Assembly (NCBI GenBank): GCA_021779935.1
Contig: JAJXZT010000064.1
Span: 62,461-126,460, forward strand
Direction: 5' to 3'
DNA: 64,000 bases
From: Acidobacteriota bacterium
Lineage (GTDB): Bacteria > Acidobacteriota > Terriglobia > Terriglobales > Acidobacteriaceae
Position 1 is the stretch's first letter; the number at the start of each line of letters is the position of its first letter. Below the pieces are notes generated by a model. The model was not told the origin of the DNA and did no database searches. It saw only the letters and a list, made by a program, of their open reading frames with translations. Positions 27,431 through 38,486 of this stretch are shown here, in pieces. The translations under genes were made by a program, and so were the position numbers.

Positions 27431-30184
27431 ATGCAAGTCCAGGTTCAAGTGGTCCTTATGCCGACTGATTACGAATCACAATTCCAAGCCACCGTCGCAG
27501 CGGCGATGGACGGCGCCACGGTAGTGACGGCAAACACGCGTGCAGCCCGCGCCGTGCTGGCTGAGTGTGCCAGGCATCTTCGCGACAAGGAGAGCGCATG
27601 GAGAACTCCCGATGTGCTGCCGCAGGATGCATGGATGAGTCGTGCATGGAGTGACGCACAATTAGCGGGAGCAACCGGGAAGGTCCTGCTCTCGCCGGCA
27701 CAGCAGCGAAAAATGTGGGAAGTCACGCTTGAGCTGAGTGGCAGCTCTCGAGGCTTGCTGCAACCGGCAGGAGTTGCTTCAGAGGCGATGGAGGCGTGGG
27801 AGCTCGTTCACAGTTATCGTATTCCGCTCGGTGCCGGAGAGTTTCATGCAATCCCGGAAGGACGCGAATTCGTGGGTTGGGCCGAGAACTACGAACGGCA
27901 ACTCGCGCAGCGTAAGTGGATTGATGCGGTCACGGCTCCGGACGAGATAAGGGGCGTGTGGGAGCAATCACCGGAATTGCAGCCAAAGCGACTGGCGTTT
28001 TGGGGCTTCGACCGCGTCAAGCCACAGGAGCGAGAACTGCGGCAGTGGCTGGCATCGCGTGGCGTGCAAGTGGAGGAATTCGGCGCCCAGCGCGATGCAG
28101 ATTGGGCCAGGGCCCGTCACGTGACTCTGGACGACTGCGCGGATGAACTGCGGAGAGCGGCATCATGGGCGCGCGCAAAACTTGTGCAGAATCCTGCGGC
28201 TCGAATCGGAATAGTTGTGCCCGGCCTCGGGCAGGTACGGGCCGAAGCGGAGCAAATTTTCCTGTCGACATTGCATCCGGAATTTTTCGGCGGCGTGAAG
28301 GGACCGCAGGCGTTCGATATTTCCCTGGGAATTCCACTGTCGGATTACGGAATTGTGCGCGCTGCGTTGCTCACACTGAAACTCGCTGCCGGCGAAGTTC
28401 CGTTCGTAGAGTTTGCTGAGTTATTGCGTTCGCCATATGCGTGGGGCGATGGAGCGGGAACGGATGAAGGAACGCGACTCGCACATTGGTTTGCGGGGAG
28501 GGTCCGCGCAGGGGTCACGATCAATGACGCACTTGCTCTCCTCAACACGAAAGAAGGAAGGGCAAGCGGCGGAACGATTCACACACGGTTGCAGGCGTTA
28601 ATGGAAAGTATGCGTGCGAACCCGCCGAGGGCATCCATGAGCGTCTGGGCAGACCGGATGCAAGAGATACTGGGAGCGATTCGTTGGCCGATCGAGAAGG
28701 AAAGCGGCCGACGCCTAAACAGCGGCGAATATCAGACGAGCGAGAAATGGAATAACCTGCTTGCGACCCTGGCATCGCTGGACGCGGTGGTTCCAACAGT
28801 ACCGTACTCGTTCGCTGTCGCGGAACTTCTGAAGCAGGCGAATACGACGATCTTCAAGCCCGAAAACGTTGGCGCGCCTGTGCAGGTGATGGGCGAGATG
28901 GAGGCGGCCGGTTCTCGGTTCGATCACTTGTGGGTGTGCGGAACGACCGACGAAGTGTGGCCTGCAAGAAAGAGACCGAATCCATTCCTGCCAGTCGCAT
29001 TGCAGCGCGCGGCGGGCGTTCCCGAAAGCTCGTGCGAAGCGCAAATAGAATTTTCGCACACCGTGTTTGCGCGGTTGGCGCAAAGCTCTCCGGAAGTGAT
29101 CTTCAGTTCGCCGCAACGCGAACAGGATCGCGAACTGCGTCCGTCACCGTTGCTCAGCAATGTCCCCAAGATCGACAGGGATGAAATTGCGCAGGCGGCC
29201 GTTCCACGATGGATGGAATTGCAGGAAGGAAGCAAGTTAGAGGAGAGCCAGGACGAATTTGCTCCGCCGATTGCACGGCAGAACTTGATGCACAGCGGGA
29301 CGCGACTCCTGGAGTTGCAGTCAAAGTGCCCATTTCGTGCATTCGCAGAGTTACGGCTGGGAGCAACGAAGCCGGAGCATCCGGAACCCGGGCTGAAGGC
29401 TACGCTACGCGGCAACATCGTGGAGCGAGTCCTGGAGAATGTCTGGCGCGAATTGCGCGATTTGTTCACGCTGCAGAATCCGCCGGGCGGCGAAGAACAC
29501 ATTGGGCTGATCGTTCGAGCAGCCGTCGAGAAGGCGTTGCGCGAAGTTTTTCCATCCGATGACGATCCTTGGACGCATCGCTTGAGAGAGTTGGAGCGGA
29601 CTCGATTGATCGCGCTTACGCACGAATGGCTGGATGTCGAGCGGCGTCGCGAGCCGTTCGCGGTTATCGAGCATCAGCAGAAGATCGAGTGGGAAATTGC
29701 GGGTCTGAAGTTGAACGGAAGAATCGACCGATTCGATCGCCTCGACGATGGCGCGCTTGTCGTGCTGGACTATAAAACTGGCACAACCACTTACAGTCCG
29801 GGAGAATGGAAGACTCCGCGGCCGGAAAGTCCGCAACTTCCCATATACGTCGGCGCGCTTGAAGCGCAAGGCAAAGAGGTTGCGGGAGTTGCATTCGCAG
29901 TGGTGAATCGCGGCGATTGCACATTGAAAGGTTACGCTACGCGCAAGGAGATTCTGGGGAGCGGCAGGGATAACTCCCGCGAATTTGCGGAACGGCGTGC
30001 GACCTGGGTTCCCGAGATGGAGAGGCTTGCGGGAGATTTCCTGGCGGGAAACGCAACGGTCGATCCGAAGAGGCCGCCGAAGAGCGGACGCAACTCGACC
30101 TGCGCGCTGTGCCACTTGCAGGCATTATGCCGCGTAGCTGAGCAGGGCGTTCCGGGAGATGAGGAGGTGGACGATGAGCAGTGA
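27431..30184 (+). CDS. AddB-like PD-(D/E)XK nuclease subunit of a helicase-nuclease complex
   Basis: 917 aa with no intact Walker A that I can see. C-terminal RecB-type nuclease motif GRIDRFDRL...VVLDYKTG. The Cys cluster (KCPFRAF ... CALCHLQALC) resembles the AddB Fe-S staple. The 3' end overlaps the next gene by 11 nt. Confidence 0.7.
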   Translation: MQVQVQVVLMPTDYESQFQATVAAAMDGATVVTANTRAARAVLAECARHLRDKESAWRTPDVLPQDAWMSRAWSDAQLAGATGKVLLSPAQQRKMWEVTLELSGSSRGLLQPAGVASEAMEAWELVHSYRIPLGAGEFHAIPEGREFVGWAENYERQLAQRKWIDAVTAPDEIRGVWEQSPELQPKRLAFWGFDRVKPQERELRQWLASRGVQVEEFGAQRDADWARARHVTLDDCADELRRAASWARAKLVQNPAARIGIVVPGLGQVRAEAEQIFLSTLHPEFFGGVKGPQAFDISLGIPLSDYGIVRAALLTLKLAAGEVPFVEFAELLRSPYAWGDGAGTDEGTRLAHWFAGRVRAGVTINDALALLNTKEGRASGGTIHTRLQALMESMRANPPRASMSVWADRMQEILGAIRWPIEKESGRRLNSGEYQTSEKWNNLLATLASLDAVVPTVPYSFAVAELLKQANTTIFKPENVGAPVQVMGEMEAAGSRFDHLWVCGTTDEVWPARKRPNPFLPVALQRAAGVPESSCEAQIEFSHTVFARLAQSSPEVIFSSPQREQDRELRPSPLLSNVPKIDRDEIAQAAVPRWMELQEGSKLEESQDEFAPPIARQNLMHSGTRLLELQSKCPFRAFAELRLGATKPEHPEPGLKATLRGNIVERVLENVWRELRDLFTLQNPPGGEEHIGLIVRAAVEKALREVFPSDDDPWTHRLRELERTRLIALTHEWLDVERRREPFAVIEHQQKIEWEIAGLKLNGRIDRFDRLDDGALVVLDYKTGTTTYSPGEWKTPRPESPQLPIYVGALEAQGKEVAGVAFAVVNRGDCTLKGYATRKEILGSGRDNSREFAERRATWVPEMERLAGDFLAGNATVDPKRPPKSGRNSTCALCHLQALCRVAEQGVPGDEEVDDEQ

Positions 30185-33100
30185 ATATCAACTGCCCGTC
30201 GACATTTCCGACGCGAACGTCCGGCGCATTGTCACCGATCCATCGCGGTCGTTCATCGTGCAGGCGCCGGCTGGTTCAGGCAAGACCGAACTGCTGATGC
30301 TGCGCTTTCTGCGCGTGCTGGCCGAGGCTCCCCTGGAAGAACCCGAGTCGGTGCTGGCGATTACATTTACGCGCAAGGCAGCGAGCGAGATGCGAACTCG
30401 CATCCTGAAAGCACTGGAAGAAGCGTCGCGACCGCTGACGGCGGAAGAAGAACAATGCTACAAGGCTCACGATTACGAACGGCGCAGAGTCGCGGCGGAA
30501 GTGTTACAGCGCGACGCGCAGCATGGCTGGAAGCTACTGGAAAATCCGTCGCGCCTACAGGTGCGCACTGTGGATTCCTTCTGCGATGCACTGGCACGGC
30601 AGATGCCGGTGCTGGCGTCGATGGCAAGGCAACTGGAAGTCACCGACGATCCAACCCCACTTTATAAAGAGGCTTCTGCACGAACAATCGCGCTGCTTGG
30701 CAGCGATCATAAGCCCATTGCCGATGCAGTAGCGAGGTTGCTGCTCGACCTTGACAACCGTGTGATGACGGCGCGCGATCTGTTCACGAAGATGCTGGGG
30801 CGGCGGGACCAGTGGATGCGCATTCTTGGCAGGTCGGATGCGCTGGAAGAATCGCAACTCGACGAATTGCGGCTGAAACTGGAGGAGGCCCTGGCGGACT
30901 CCGTGTGTCACGAACTTCGTCAAGTACGCAGGGACGTGCTCGCGCTGTGCGATGCCGAGACGGTCAACAAAATTCTCCAGTGCGCATCCTTCGCGGGCAG
31001 CCACGTCGAGGAAGATGATCAACTCGCGAGGCTGAAGGGGATTATCGCGTTGCCGGGAACGGAAGTGGAGGACCTAGCTGCGTGGAGTGCGTTGCGCAAC
31101 TTCGTTGTGATTGGAGATGGAAAGAGCATTCGCAAAGCGTTCAATGTGAAATTAGGCTTTCCCAAAGAACATGCGAGCTATCGCGACGAGTGCAAGGCAT
31201 TCTTTGAGGTGCTCGGCGAGGCTGAAGGCGCTGCGCTCCTCTGCGAATTGCTGCGCCGGTTGGATGTGCTGCCACCCTCTCGATACACCGCGCAACAGTG
31301 GGCGTTCATACGTGCGCTGCTGCTGGCGCTGCCGTTGGCAGTGGCCAATCTGAAGATTGTGTGTGCCGAAGAGTCGAAGGTGGATTTCATCGAGGTGGCG
31401 CAGGCCGCACGTGAGGCGCTTGGGCCAAAGGATTCGCCAACAGACCTGGGACTGGTGCTGGGCGCGAAAATCCAGCATATTCTTGTCGACGAATTCCAGG
31501 ACACATCGATATCGCAGATCGAATTTCTGCAGAGCCTGATTGCCTCATGGACTTCCGAGGGGACCTCGCTGTTTCTCGTCGGCGACCCTATGCAGTCGAT
31601 CTATGGATTCCGGGCCGCGGAGGTCACGCAGTTCAAGCGGACATGGGAGAATCACCAATTCGATATCGCGCTCGATGCGTTGCGTCTGACGTCGAATTTC
31701 CGTTCACAGGCAGGACTGGTTGAGTGGTTCAACACGACCTTTCCGCACATTCTCGATGAAGATAACGAGTTGACCGGCGCCGTGGAGTACGCGCCGTGCA
31801 AGGCGGTGAAGGAAGCCGCAGAAGGTACGGCAGTCGCGATGCACGGCTTTGCACCGCAGGACTACGAATCAGAAGCGCAGCGCGTAACGGAATTAATCAA
31901 AGGAGCGCTGCAAGAGGACACGCAGCAGCGGATTGCGGTGCTGGTGCGAGCGCGGTCACACTTGGCTCATATCGTAAAGGTCCTGCGCGAGAGTCGAGTT
32001 CCATTTCGCGCGGTGAAGATCGATTCGTTGCCGCAACGTCAGGTTGTTCGCGATCTGGATGCATTGACGAGAGCACTGGTGAATTTCGCGGATCGCACAT
32101 CGTGGCTGGCGGTGTTGCGCGCTCCATGGTGCGGGCTTTCCCTGGGGGACCTGTGGCAACTTTGTCGTGATGACGAAACAAGCACGGTGTGGAAACTGTT
32201 GAGCGAGCGCATCGGCAGTCTGAGCGATGATGGCCAACGGCGGGTGCAAAGGGTCCGCGCGGTCATGGAAGATGCGTTGCAAGATCGCGGACAGATTCCA
32301 TTGCGCGCGTTAGTGGAGCGTACGTGGGTGTCTCTGGGCGGCCCGGCGGCATTGCGGGATGGGGAATCGAGCGCCAATCTCCTGGATGTAGAAACTTACC
32401 TCGCGTTGATCCAGCAACTGGAAGTGGGCGGATTAGTCGCGGACATGGATCTCTTGACGCGAAAGATGGAGGAACTCTATGCTCCGCCGGACACTTCGCC
32501 GCAGATTCGCGTTGAGATCATGACAATCCATAATGCGAAGGGACTGGAGTGGGACACGGTAATTGTGCCGGGACTTGGGCGCGCCCCGCAGCGCGACGAG
32601 CGGCAACTGCTCTATTGGCGAGAGCAGGTACTGGAGGGAAGGGACGAGCTATTGTTGGCCCCGATGGAGAGTGTGACGGATCGCGGAGAAGAAAAGTTGG
32701 GGACCATCCAGAAGTACCTGCATCAACTTGCGGATGACAGAGCATACGAGGAGAGTAAGCGGCTGCTTTACGTGGCGGCGACGCGCGCGAAGAAACATCT
32801 GCACCTGTTGGCAACCCTGCCGAAAACTGGCAGACCGGGTAAGGGTACTCTGCTCGACATGCTGTGGAATGTACCGGGCATCCGCGAGCAGTTTGCCTCA
32901 CAAGGCGATCCGCAGAGTTCGGAGAATCCTCCGGTACGCAGCGCGCGGTTGCTGCGGTCGTTGCATGCGGAATGGACATTGCCCGATGCTCCCACGCCGC
33001 TGGAGTGGAACGCGGTGGCGCCAATAGATATGTCAAATACAACTCCACACACATTCGAGTGGGTTGGACAGAAACTGCGGCGCGTCGGAACGGTGACGCA

Positions 33101-33605
33101 CGCGTTCCTGGAAAAGATTGCGCGCGAGGGACTGGAACACTGGACAACCGCGCGAATCGCGGATTCCAGCGGGGCTATTCGCACGGCGCTGGCCAACACG
33201 GGCCTCGCCACTCAATCGCTGGACGAAGCGTGTGCGCAAGTGAAGAAGGCTCTGCTCAACACGCTGACGGATGCGCGAGGGCGGTGGCTGCTGGAGCAGC
33301 ACGCGGAGTCCGACTGCGAGCTTGATCTGACAGTTGTGCTGGATGGACGCGTGCAACGCATGAAGGTGGATCGTACGTTTGTCGATGGAAATGGCGATCG
33401 CTGGGTCGTCGATTATAAAACGAGCGATCCTGGGGGCAGTCTGCTGGAAGAGTTTTTGAAAGCTCAAGAGGACAAGTACCGGGAAGATTTGCGGCGCTAC
33501 GCCAGAGCAATGAGTTTATTTGATGCGCGACCGGTGCGGTGTGGATTGTACTTCCCGTTGTTGCAGGCGTGGCGTGAGGTTCCGGTCGAGCGAGTGGCGT
33601 ACTGA
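30174..33605 (+). CDS. AddA-like UvrD/Rep-family helicase with C-terminal nuclease domain
   Basis: I prefer the ATG at 30174, directly after GAGGAGGTGG. Walker A APAGSGKT, then ILVDEFQDTS, VGDPMQSIYGFR, TIHNAKGLEW and YVAATRAK. C-terminal nuclease motif RWVVDYKT. Confidence 0.8.
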   Translation: MSSEYQLPVDISDANVRRIVTDPSRSFIVQAPAGSGKTELLMLRFLRVLAEAPLEEPESVLAITFTRKAASEMRTRILKALEEASRPLTAEEEQCYKAHDYERRRVAAEVLQRDAQHGWKLLENPSRLQVRTVDSFCDALARQMPVLASMARQLEVTDDPTPLYKEASARTIALLGSDHKPIADAVARLLLDLDNRVMTARDLFTKMLGRRDQWMRILGRSDALEESQLDELRLKLEEALADSVCHELRQVRRDVLALCDAETVNKILQCASFAGSHVEEDDQLARLKGIIALPGTEVEDLAAWSALRNFVVIGDGKSIRKAFNVKLGFPKEHASYRDECKAFFEVLGEAEGAALLCELLRRLDVLPPSRYTAQQWAFIRALLLALPLAVANLKIVCAEESKVDFIEVAQAAREALGPKDSPTDLGLVLGAKIQHILVDEFQDTSISQIEFLQSLIASWTSEGTSLFLVGDPMQSIYGFRAAEVTQFKRTWENHQFDIALDALRLTSNFRSQAGLVEWFNTTFPHILDEDNELTGAVEYAPCKAVKEAAEGTAVAMHGFAPQDYESEAQRVTELIKGALQEDTQQRIAVLVRARSHLAHIVKVLRESRVPFRAVKIDSLPQRQVVRDLDALTRALVNFADRTSWLAVLRAPWCGLSLGDLWQLCRDDETSTVWKLLSERIGSLSDDGQRRVQRVRAVMEDALQDRGQIPLRALVERTWVSLGGPAALRDGESSANLLDVETYLALIQQLEVGGLVADMDLLTRKMEELYAPPDTSPQIRVEIMTIHNAKGLEWDTVIVPGLGRAPQRDERQLLYWREQVLEGRDELLLAPMESVTDRGEEKLGTIQKYLHQLADDRAYEESKRLLYVAATRAKKHLHLLATLPKTGRPGKGTLLDMLWNVPGIREQFASQGDPQSSENPPVRSARLLRSLHAEWTLPDAPTPLEWNAVAPIDMSNTTPHTFEWVGQKLRRVGTVTHAFLEKIAREGLEHWTTARIADSSGAIRTALANTGLATQSLDEACAQVKKALLNTLTDARGRWLLEQHAESDCELDLTVVLDGRVQRMKVDRTFVDGNGDRWVVDYKTSDPGGSLLEEFLKAQEDKYREDLRRYARAMSLFDARPVRCGLYFPLLQAWREVPVERVAY

Positions 33606-33667
33606 TTGGACGAAAGTGCCGCTGAACATGGATCATAAAGGACAGGAGCCAGCAGAAGCCGAACAGC

Positions 33668-34855
33668 ATGGAGCCATTTCTCATCGAGGAGTCAACGCCA
33701 GCCAGGAGTTGGCAAGTTGATCGAGGCGTTCTGGTGCTCATGCTCGCCGGCACTACGACCTTTGTCGATGTCTACACAACGCAAGCTCTACTGCCATTCC
33801 TTAAGGGCATCTACCATGCGAGCGAACTCGAAGTCAGCCTGACGGTAAGCGCCACGATCCTCGCAGTCGCAATTGCCGCGCCGTTTGTCGGGCTTTTCGC
33901 TGAAGGGATCGGGCGCAAGCGAATTATTGTACCGGCGCTCTTCGGGCTTGCGGTTCCCACATTTCTCGCCGCCACGTCCGGAAGTCTCCACGCCCTTATC
34001 TTCTGGAGGTTTCTGCAAGGGCTGTTTATCCCCGGCATTATCGCCGTCACCATGGCGTATATCAATGAAGAATGGGCCGGGCGCGGCGTGGGCGCGGCGA
34101 TGGCAGCGTACGTGGCGGGAACCGTCTTCGGCGGCTTCCTCGGACGGCTGATTCCCGGCATCATAACGACCCACTGGAACTGGCGCACTGCGTTTGTCGT
34201 GCTGGGGATGCTGAACCTTCTCGGTGGGTTGGGAGTGTGGAGATGGCTTCCTCCTTCTGAGAAGTTTGTGGCGTCATCCCAGGTGCGTGAATCGGTAGGG
34301 CACTTCTTCGGTCATCTGCGAAACACCAGGCTGCTGGCGACGTTCGGCATGGGCAGCAGTCTGTTGTTCGCGCTGGTAGCTGCATTTACATATGTCAATT
34401 TCCACCTGGCGGCCGCTCCTTATCATCTGAACACTGCGGAACTTGGCAGTATTTTCTTCGTCTACCTGCTGGGACTTGTGATCACTCCGGTTGCCGGGCG
34501 CTATCTTGATCGCGTCGGATTCCTGAAGACCGCGACACTGGCGGCATGCTTGAGCAGCATAGGCTTGGGGCTGACGCTCCTCTCGTCTTTGCCGGGGATC
34601 ATTATTGGACTGGCACTATTTTCGTCCGGCAAGTTCGTTCTCCAGGCGACGGCAACATCCCAGATGGGGAAGGTCGCTGGGCGCGCCCGCTCGGCGGCGG
34701 CAGGATTGTACCTCACGTTCTATTATGCGGGAGGTAGCCTTGGCGCGGTGGTGCCCGCGTTCTTCTGGAAGTGGGGCGGATGGCCGGCGTGCGTCGCGCT
34801 GGTCTTCACGGTCACGTGGATCACGATTCTATTTGCACGGGCGAGCACGGAGTAA
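33668..34855 (+). CDS. MFS transporter
   Basis: 395 aa with about 12 TM helices. MFS loop motif GLFAEGIGRKR. Confidence 0.85.
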   Translation: MEPFLIEESTPARSWQVDRGVLVLMLAGTTTFVDVYTTQALLPFLKGIYHASELEVSLTVSATILAVAIAAPFVGLFAEGIGRKRIIVPALFGLAVPTFLAATSGSLHALIFWRFLQGLFIPGIIAVTMAYINEEWAGRGVGAAMAAYVAGTVFGGFLGRLIPGIITTHWNWRTAFVVLGMLNLLGGLGVWRWLPPSEKFVASSQVRESVGHFFGHLRNTRLLATFGMGSSLLFALVAAFTYVNFHLAAAPYHLNTAELGSIFFVYLLGLVITPVAGRYLDRVGFLKTATLAACLSSIGLGLTLLSSLPGIIIGLALFSSGKFVLQATATSQMGKVAGRARSAAAGLYLTFYYAGGSLGAVVPAFFWKWGGWPACVALVFTVTWITILFARASTE

Positions 34856-34858
34856 GGG

Positions 34859-36109
34859 ATGGTACTGACGACGTTGACCATGGCGAATGTCAGCCTGACA
34901 GCAGCGTGGATATTGTTCGCGGTGAGCTACGCCGTTTTTGCGTTCGGGCGGCTGCCCGGGACGAAACTGGATCGCACGGCGGTTGCCTTGATTGCGGCCG
35001 TGTTGATGTTTGTGTTTGGAGTTCTGGACCGGCGAAGTGCGCTTAGCTCCATTGATTTCGCTACGATTGTTCTCCTGTTCTCAATGATGCTGATCGTGGC
35101 GGGGCTGCACCTGGCTGGTTTTTTTGATCGCGTCGCCGACACGATTGCTGAGCGCATCGATCCGCCGCACCTGCTGCCCGGCATCATTTTTGCCAGCGGA
35201 ATCCTCTCCGCGTTCCTGGTCAACGACGTTGTGTGCCTCTTTATGGCTCCGCTGGTGTTGCGGTTGAGCCGTCAATTGAAGCGACCCGCTGTCCCAATGT
35301 TGCTTGCTCTCGCAACCGCTTCGAACATAGGAAGCGTGGCGACGATCACCGGAAATCCGCAGAACATTTTGATCGGATCGCTATCAGGCATTCGGTACGT
35401 TCGATTTCTGACCCACCTTGGCCCGGTGGCGGCCATAGGGTTGCTGCTCGACTGGGCGATTCTGCACTGGTATACGGAGCGGAAATACAAAGGTTATGCA
35501 AGCAATGTTGAGAAACCCTTACACAGAACGGCGCGTCAGGAGACACACCTGGCGTGGCCGCTCGGAGTGATGGCGCTCGTCATTGCAGGATTTTTTGCGG
35601 GGTATTCGCCGGCCCCGGTCGCGGCTCTTGGTGGAGCGCTCATGCTATTGGGACCGGGCATCGACCGTCAACGCATCTTCGAGGAAATAGATTGGTCGCT
35701 GCTCGTTCTGTTTATGGGGTTGTTCCTTATCCTTGGCGGAGCGGAGCGAGCCGGCATTGCAGGCAAACTGCTTGCGGTGGCGCAACGCGGAAACCTGCAT
35801 GATCCGTTCGTTCTTTCGGGAGCCGTAACGCTACTCTCGAACGTGGTAAGCAACGTACCCGCGGTGATGCTGCTTAAGGGAATTATTCCTCAGATGGCGG
35901 ACCCGCAGCGCTCGTGGATGCTGCTGGCGCTTACCAGCACACTGGCTGGAAATTTGACGATTACCGGATCGGTGGCGAACATCATCGTGGTGGAGAAAGC
36001 GCGCGACGAAGCCCCGATTAGTTTCTGGGAATATCTTCAGGTTGGTGTGCCGGTGACGCTGGCTACATTAATCGTTGGCATCGGATGGCTGTTGTACGTA
36101 GCGCGCTAA
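34859..36109 (+). CDS. ArsB/NhaD (CitMHS-like) family anion/ion transporter
   Basis: 416 aa, polytopic. Segments ASNIGSVATITGNPQNILI and TSTLAGNLTITGSVANIIVVE are typical of the ArsB/NhaD permease superfamily. Confidence 0.75.
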   Translation: MVLTTLTMANVSLTAAWILFAVSYAVFAFGRLPGTKLDRTAVALIAAVLMFVFGVLDRRSALSSIDFATIVLLFSMMLIVAGLHLAGFFDRVADTIAERIDPPHLLPGIIFASGILSAFLVNDVVCLFMAPLVLRLSRQLKRPAVPMLLALATASNIGSVATITGNPQNILIGSLSGIRYVRFLTHLGPVAAIGLLLDWAILHWYTERKYKGYASNVEKPLHRTARQETHLAWPLGVMALVIAGFFAGYSPAPVAALGGALMLLGPGIDRQRIFEEIDWSLLVLFMGLFLILGGAERAGIAGKLLAVAQRGNLHDPFVLSGAVTLLSNVVSNVPAVMLLKGIIPQMADPQRSWMLLALTSTLAGNLTITGSVANIIVVEKARDEAPISFWEYLQVGVPVTLATLIVGIGWLLYVAR

Positions 36110-36128
36110 TGTCCGCGAAGCCGGCCGC

Positions 36129-38438
36129 CTAGCTCGTAACGAGCTCGCGTATCTTGGCCAGCAGCTTGGAAAATGTGAATGGCTTTTGCAGGAAGGCAGC
36201 TCCATTTTCCAACAGTGCGTGGCGCCCCACACGCTCGTCCGCGTAGCCGGACATGTAGAGAACCTTGATATCGGGACGCTTGGCAGAAAGCCGGTCCACC
36301 AGTTCCTTGCCATTCAATCGCGGCATTACAACGTCGGTCAATACCACACTGATCAGTCCCGGGTGTGAGTCAGCTACTCGCAGGGCGTCGAGTCCATCGC
36401 TGGCCTGCAGGATGGTGAATCCATGTTCGGAGAGAAAATCTGCAATGGAAGCCCGGAGCGCGCTCTCATCCTCCACCAGCAGGATTGTGTTGCCGCCCTT
36501 GGCGGACGCCGGCTTGATCATCGGAGTCGGTTGCTCGACCACTTCATCCGTGGCAGGAAAATAGAGGTCGAAGTGCGTTCCTCCGCCCGGCGCCGTTTCC
36601 AGAGAAATATAGCCGCCACTCTGCTGGACAATTCCATAAACCATGGAAAGTCCCAGTCCCGTGCCTTTGCCAAGTTCCTTGGTGGTGAAGAATGGCTCGA
36701 AGATGTGGTCTCGAATTTCCGCGGAAATACCGGTGCCTGTATCGGCGACGGAAAGAACGACGTAGCGACCGGGAGGGATCACTGCATTCTCCACCGGATA
36801 GCTGGCGTCGAGGATTCTGTTGCAGGTCCTTATCACAACAGAGCCGCCATGCGGCACAGCGTCACGCGCGTTGACGGCGAGATTGAGCAAGACTTGGACG
36901 ATCTGGCCAGAGTCGGCCTTGATGCTCCAGAGATCGGGGGACGGCCAGTAATCGAGAGTGATGTCTTCACCGATCATCCGGCCCAACATTTTCAGTGTCT
37001 CCTGAATAATCGCGTCAAGGTTAATGACTTCAGACGACAGAACCTGGCGGCGGCTGAAGGCAAGCATTTGCTGCGTCAGCGACGAGCCTCGTTCTGCCGC
37101 GGAAATTACCTCAGCAATATAACGCCGACCGGGATGCTCGGGAGGAAGGTGCTCCTGCAGCAACTCGGAATAGCTGGTGATGACCATGAGCAGATTATTG
37201 AAGTCGTGTGCAATGCCGCCGGCGAGCCTGCCCACGGACTCGATTCGCTGTGCATGACGGTAGCGCTCCTCGAGTTCACTGGCACGTTTTGCTTCCGTGA
37301 GATCACGAATGATCTGTGCAGTGCCAACCAGATTTCCGTTGCGATCGTGAATGGCCGAGAGCGTGATGGTAACGGGGATGTTTGTTCCATCGTGCCGTTT
37401 CCGAATACTTTCAAAGTGATCAGTGAATTCGGCGTTGCCGTGCAGCCGAAGAAGGTCGATTGAAGTTTGATGCTTTCCTGGGGGAAGCAGTATGGACTCC
37501 GGGGCCCCGATGAGTTCAGAGGAGGTATAGCCGAACAATCGCTGCGCACCCTTATTCCAGCTCTGTATGCGACCATCGAGCGACAGCGAGAGAATTGCGT
37601 CGTCGGTGTTTTCTACGATTCGGGCGAGACGCTCGATCTCCTGCCTCGCCTTGGCTAATTCGGAGATGTCCAGCACGTAGCCGATGATTTCGCCGCCACC
37701 TGCGTCGAGAAGTGCTCCCGCCGCCAACGCGGAGACCCTACTGCCGTCTTTCCGAAGAAATTCTTTTTCGTAAGCCGGGCAAGCTCCATTCTGCAGGAGT
37801 TGATGCAGAACACGCTGATCGGCGTCGCGAAATTCAGGTGCGGTCAGAGCAATCCACGAGAGTTTCCCGTTGAGCAGTTCTTCGCGACTGCACCCCAGCA
37901 TCTTGAGAAAGGCATCGTTAGCGTCACGTATCTGGCCGGAAGCATCGCAGAACATCAATCCAATCAGGTCGGATTCGAAAACCCGGCGCATGCGATTCGT
38001 GGCCTCCAGCAGTTCGGCGGTCCTGTCTGCAATGTGCAGTTCAAGGTTTTCGGCTGTCCGGATGGCATCCATCTCGGCGGTCTTGTGGTCGGTGATGTCG
38101 ATGCATGAACCAATGTAACCGGCAAATGTGCCATCGCTGGTGCGAGGGGCGCCATTGTCGAGCACCCAGCGATACTCGCCGTCGTGACGGCGCAGCCTGT
38201 ATTCCAGTTGAAATTGCTGCCGGTTGCCGAGGGCATCCCGGTATTGTGCCAGGCAAGCATCAAGGTCGTCGGGGTGAACGCTGTTGCTCCAGCCAAACCC
38301 GGCTTCTTCTTCCAGAGTTCTGCCGGTAAAGGCGAGCCAGCAGCGATTGAAGTAGAAACATTCCCCATTTTCATCGGCGATCCGCATCATGGATGGAGCG
38401 GAATCGAAAATTTCACGGAAATCGCTGACCAGTTTCAT
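36129..38438 (-). CDS. cytoplasmic multi-PAS hybrid histidine kinase with C-terminal receiver
   Basis: 769 aa with no TM helices and about three PAS repeats. H-box [14 protein letters not shown]. HATPase ([24 protein letters not shown]). C-terminal REC (ILLVEDE...[12 protein letters not shown]...KP). Confidence 0.9.
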   Translation of the reverse strand: MKLVSDFREIFDSAPSMMRIADENGECFYFNRCWLAFTGRTLEEEAGFGWSNSVHPDDLDACLAQYRDALGNRQQFQLEYRLRRHDGEYRWVLDNGAPRTSDGTFAGYIGSCIDITDHKTAEMDAIRTAENLELHIADRTAELLEATNRMRRVFESDLIGLMFCDASGQIRDANDAFLKMLGCSREELLNGKLSWIALTAPEFRDADQRVLHQLLQNGACPAYEKEFLRKDGSRVSALAAGALLDAGGGEIIGYVLDISELAKARQEIERLARIVENTDDAILSLSLDGRIQSWNKGAQRLFGYTSSELIGAPESILLPPGKHQTSIDLLRLHGNAEFTDHFESIRKRHDGTNIPVTITLSAIHDRNGNLVGTAQIIRDLTEAKRASELEERYRHAQRIESVGRLAGGIAHDFNNLLMVITSYSELLQEHLPPEHPGRRYIAEVISAAERGSSLTQQMLAFSRRQVLSSEVINLDAIIQETLKMLGRMIGEDITLDYWPSPDLWSIKADSGQIVQVLLNLAVNARDAVPHGGSVVIRTCNRILDASYPVENAVIPPGRYVVLSVADTGTGISAEIRDHIFEPFFTTKELGKGTGLGLSMVYGIVQQSGGYISLETAPGGGTHFDLYFPATDEVVEQPTPMIKPASAKGGNTILLVEDESALRASIADFLSEHGFTILQASDGLDALRVADSHPGLISVVLTDVVMPRLNGKELVDRLSAKRPDIKVLYMSGYADERVGRHALLENGAAFLQKPFTFSKLLAKIRELVTS

Positions 38439-38486
38439 ACTGCTTCTCTGGACTCCCTGCTACTTGCCGATATGAACCCAGGGCCG

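Noticed and set aside
36423-37463. 346-aa plus-strand ORF inside the PAS hybrid kinase gene. The same applies to 40791..41882 (+), 46728..47762 (-), 48657..49895 (-), 48488..49423 (-), 50745..51833 (-), 58054..59523 (+), 20534..21295 (-), 22686..23429 (-) and 13268..13876 (-).
   Set aside because: Long antisense ORFs are expected in GC-rich DNA. Each lies wholly inside a gene with unambiguous family motifs on the other strand. Their sequences are Arg/His/Gly-rich with no recognisable domains.
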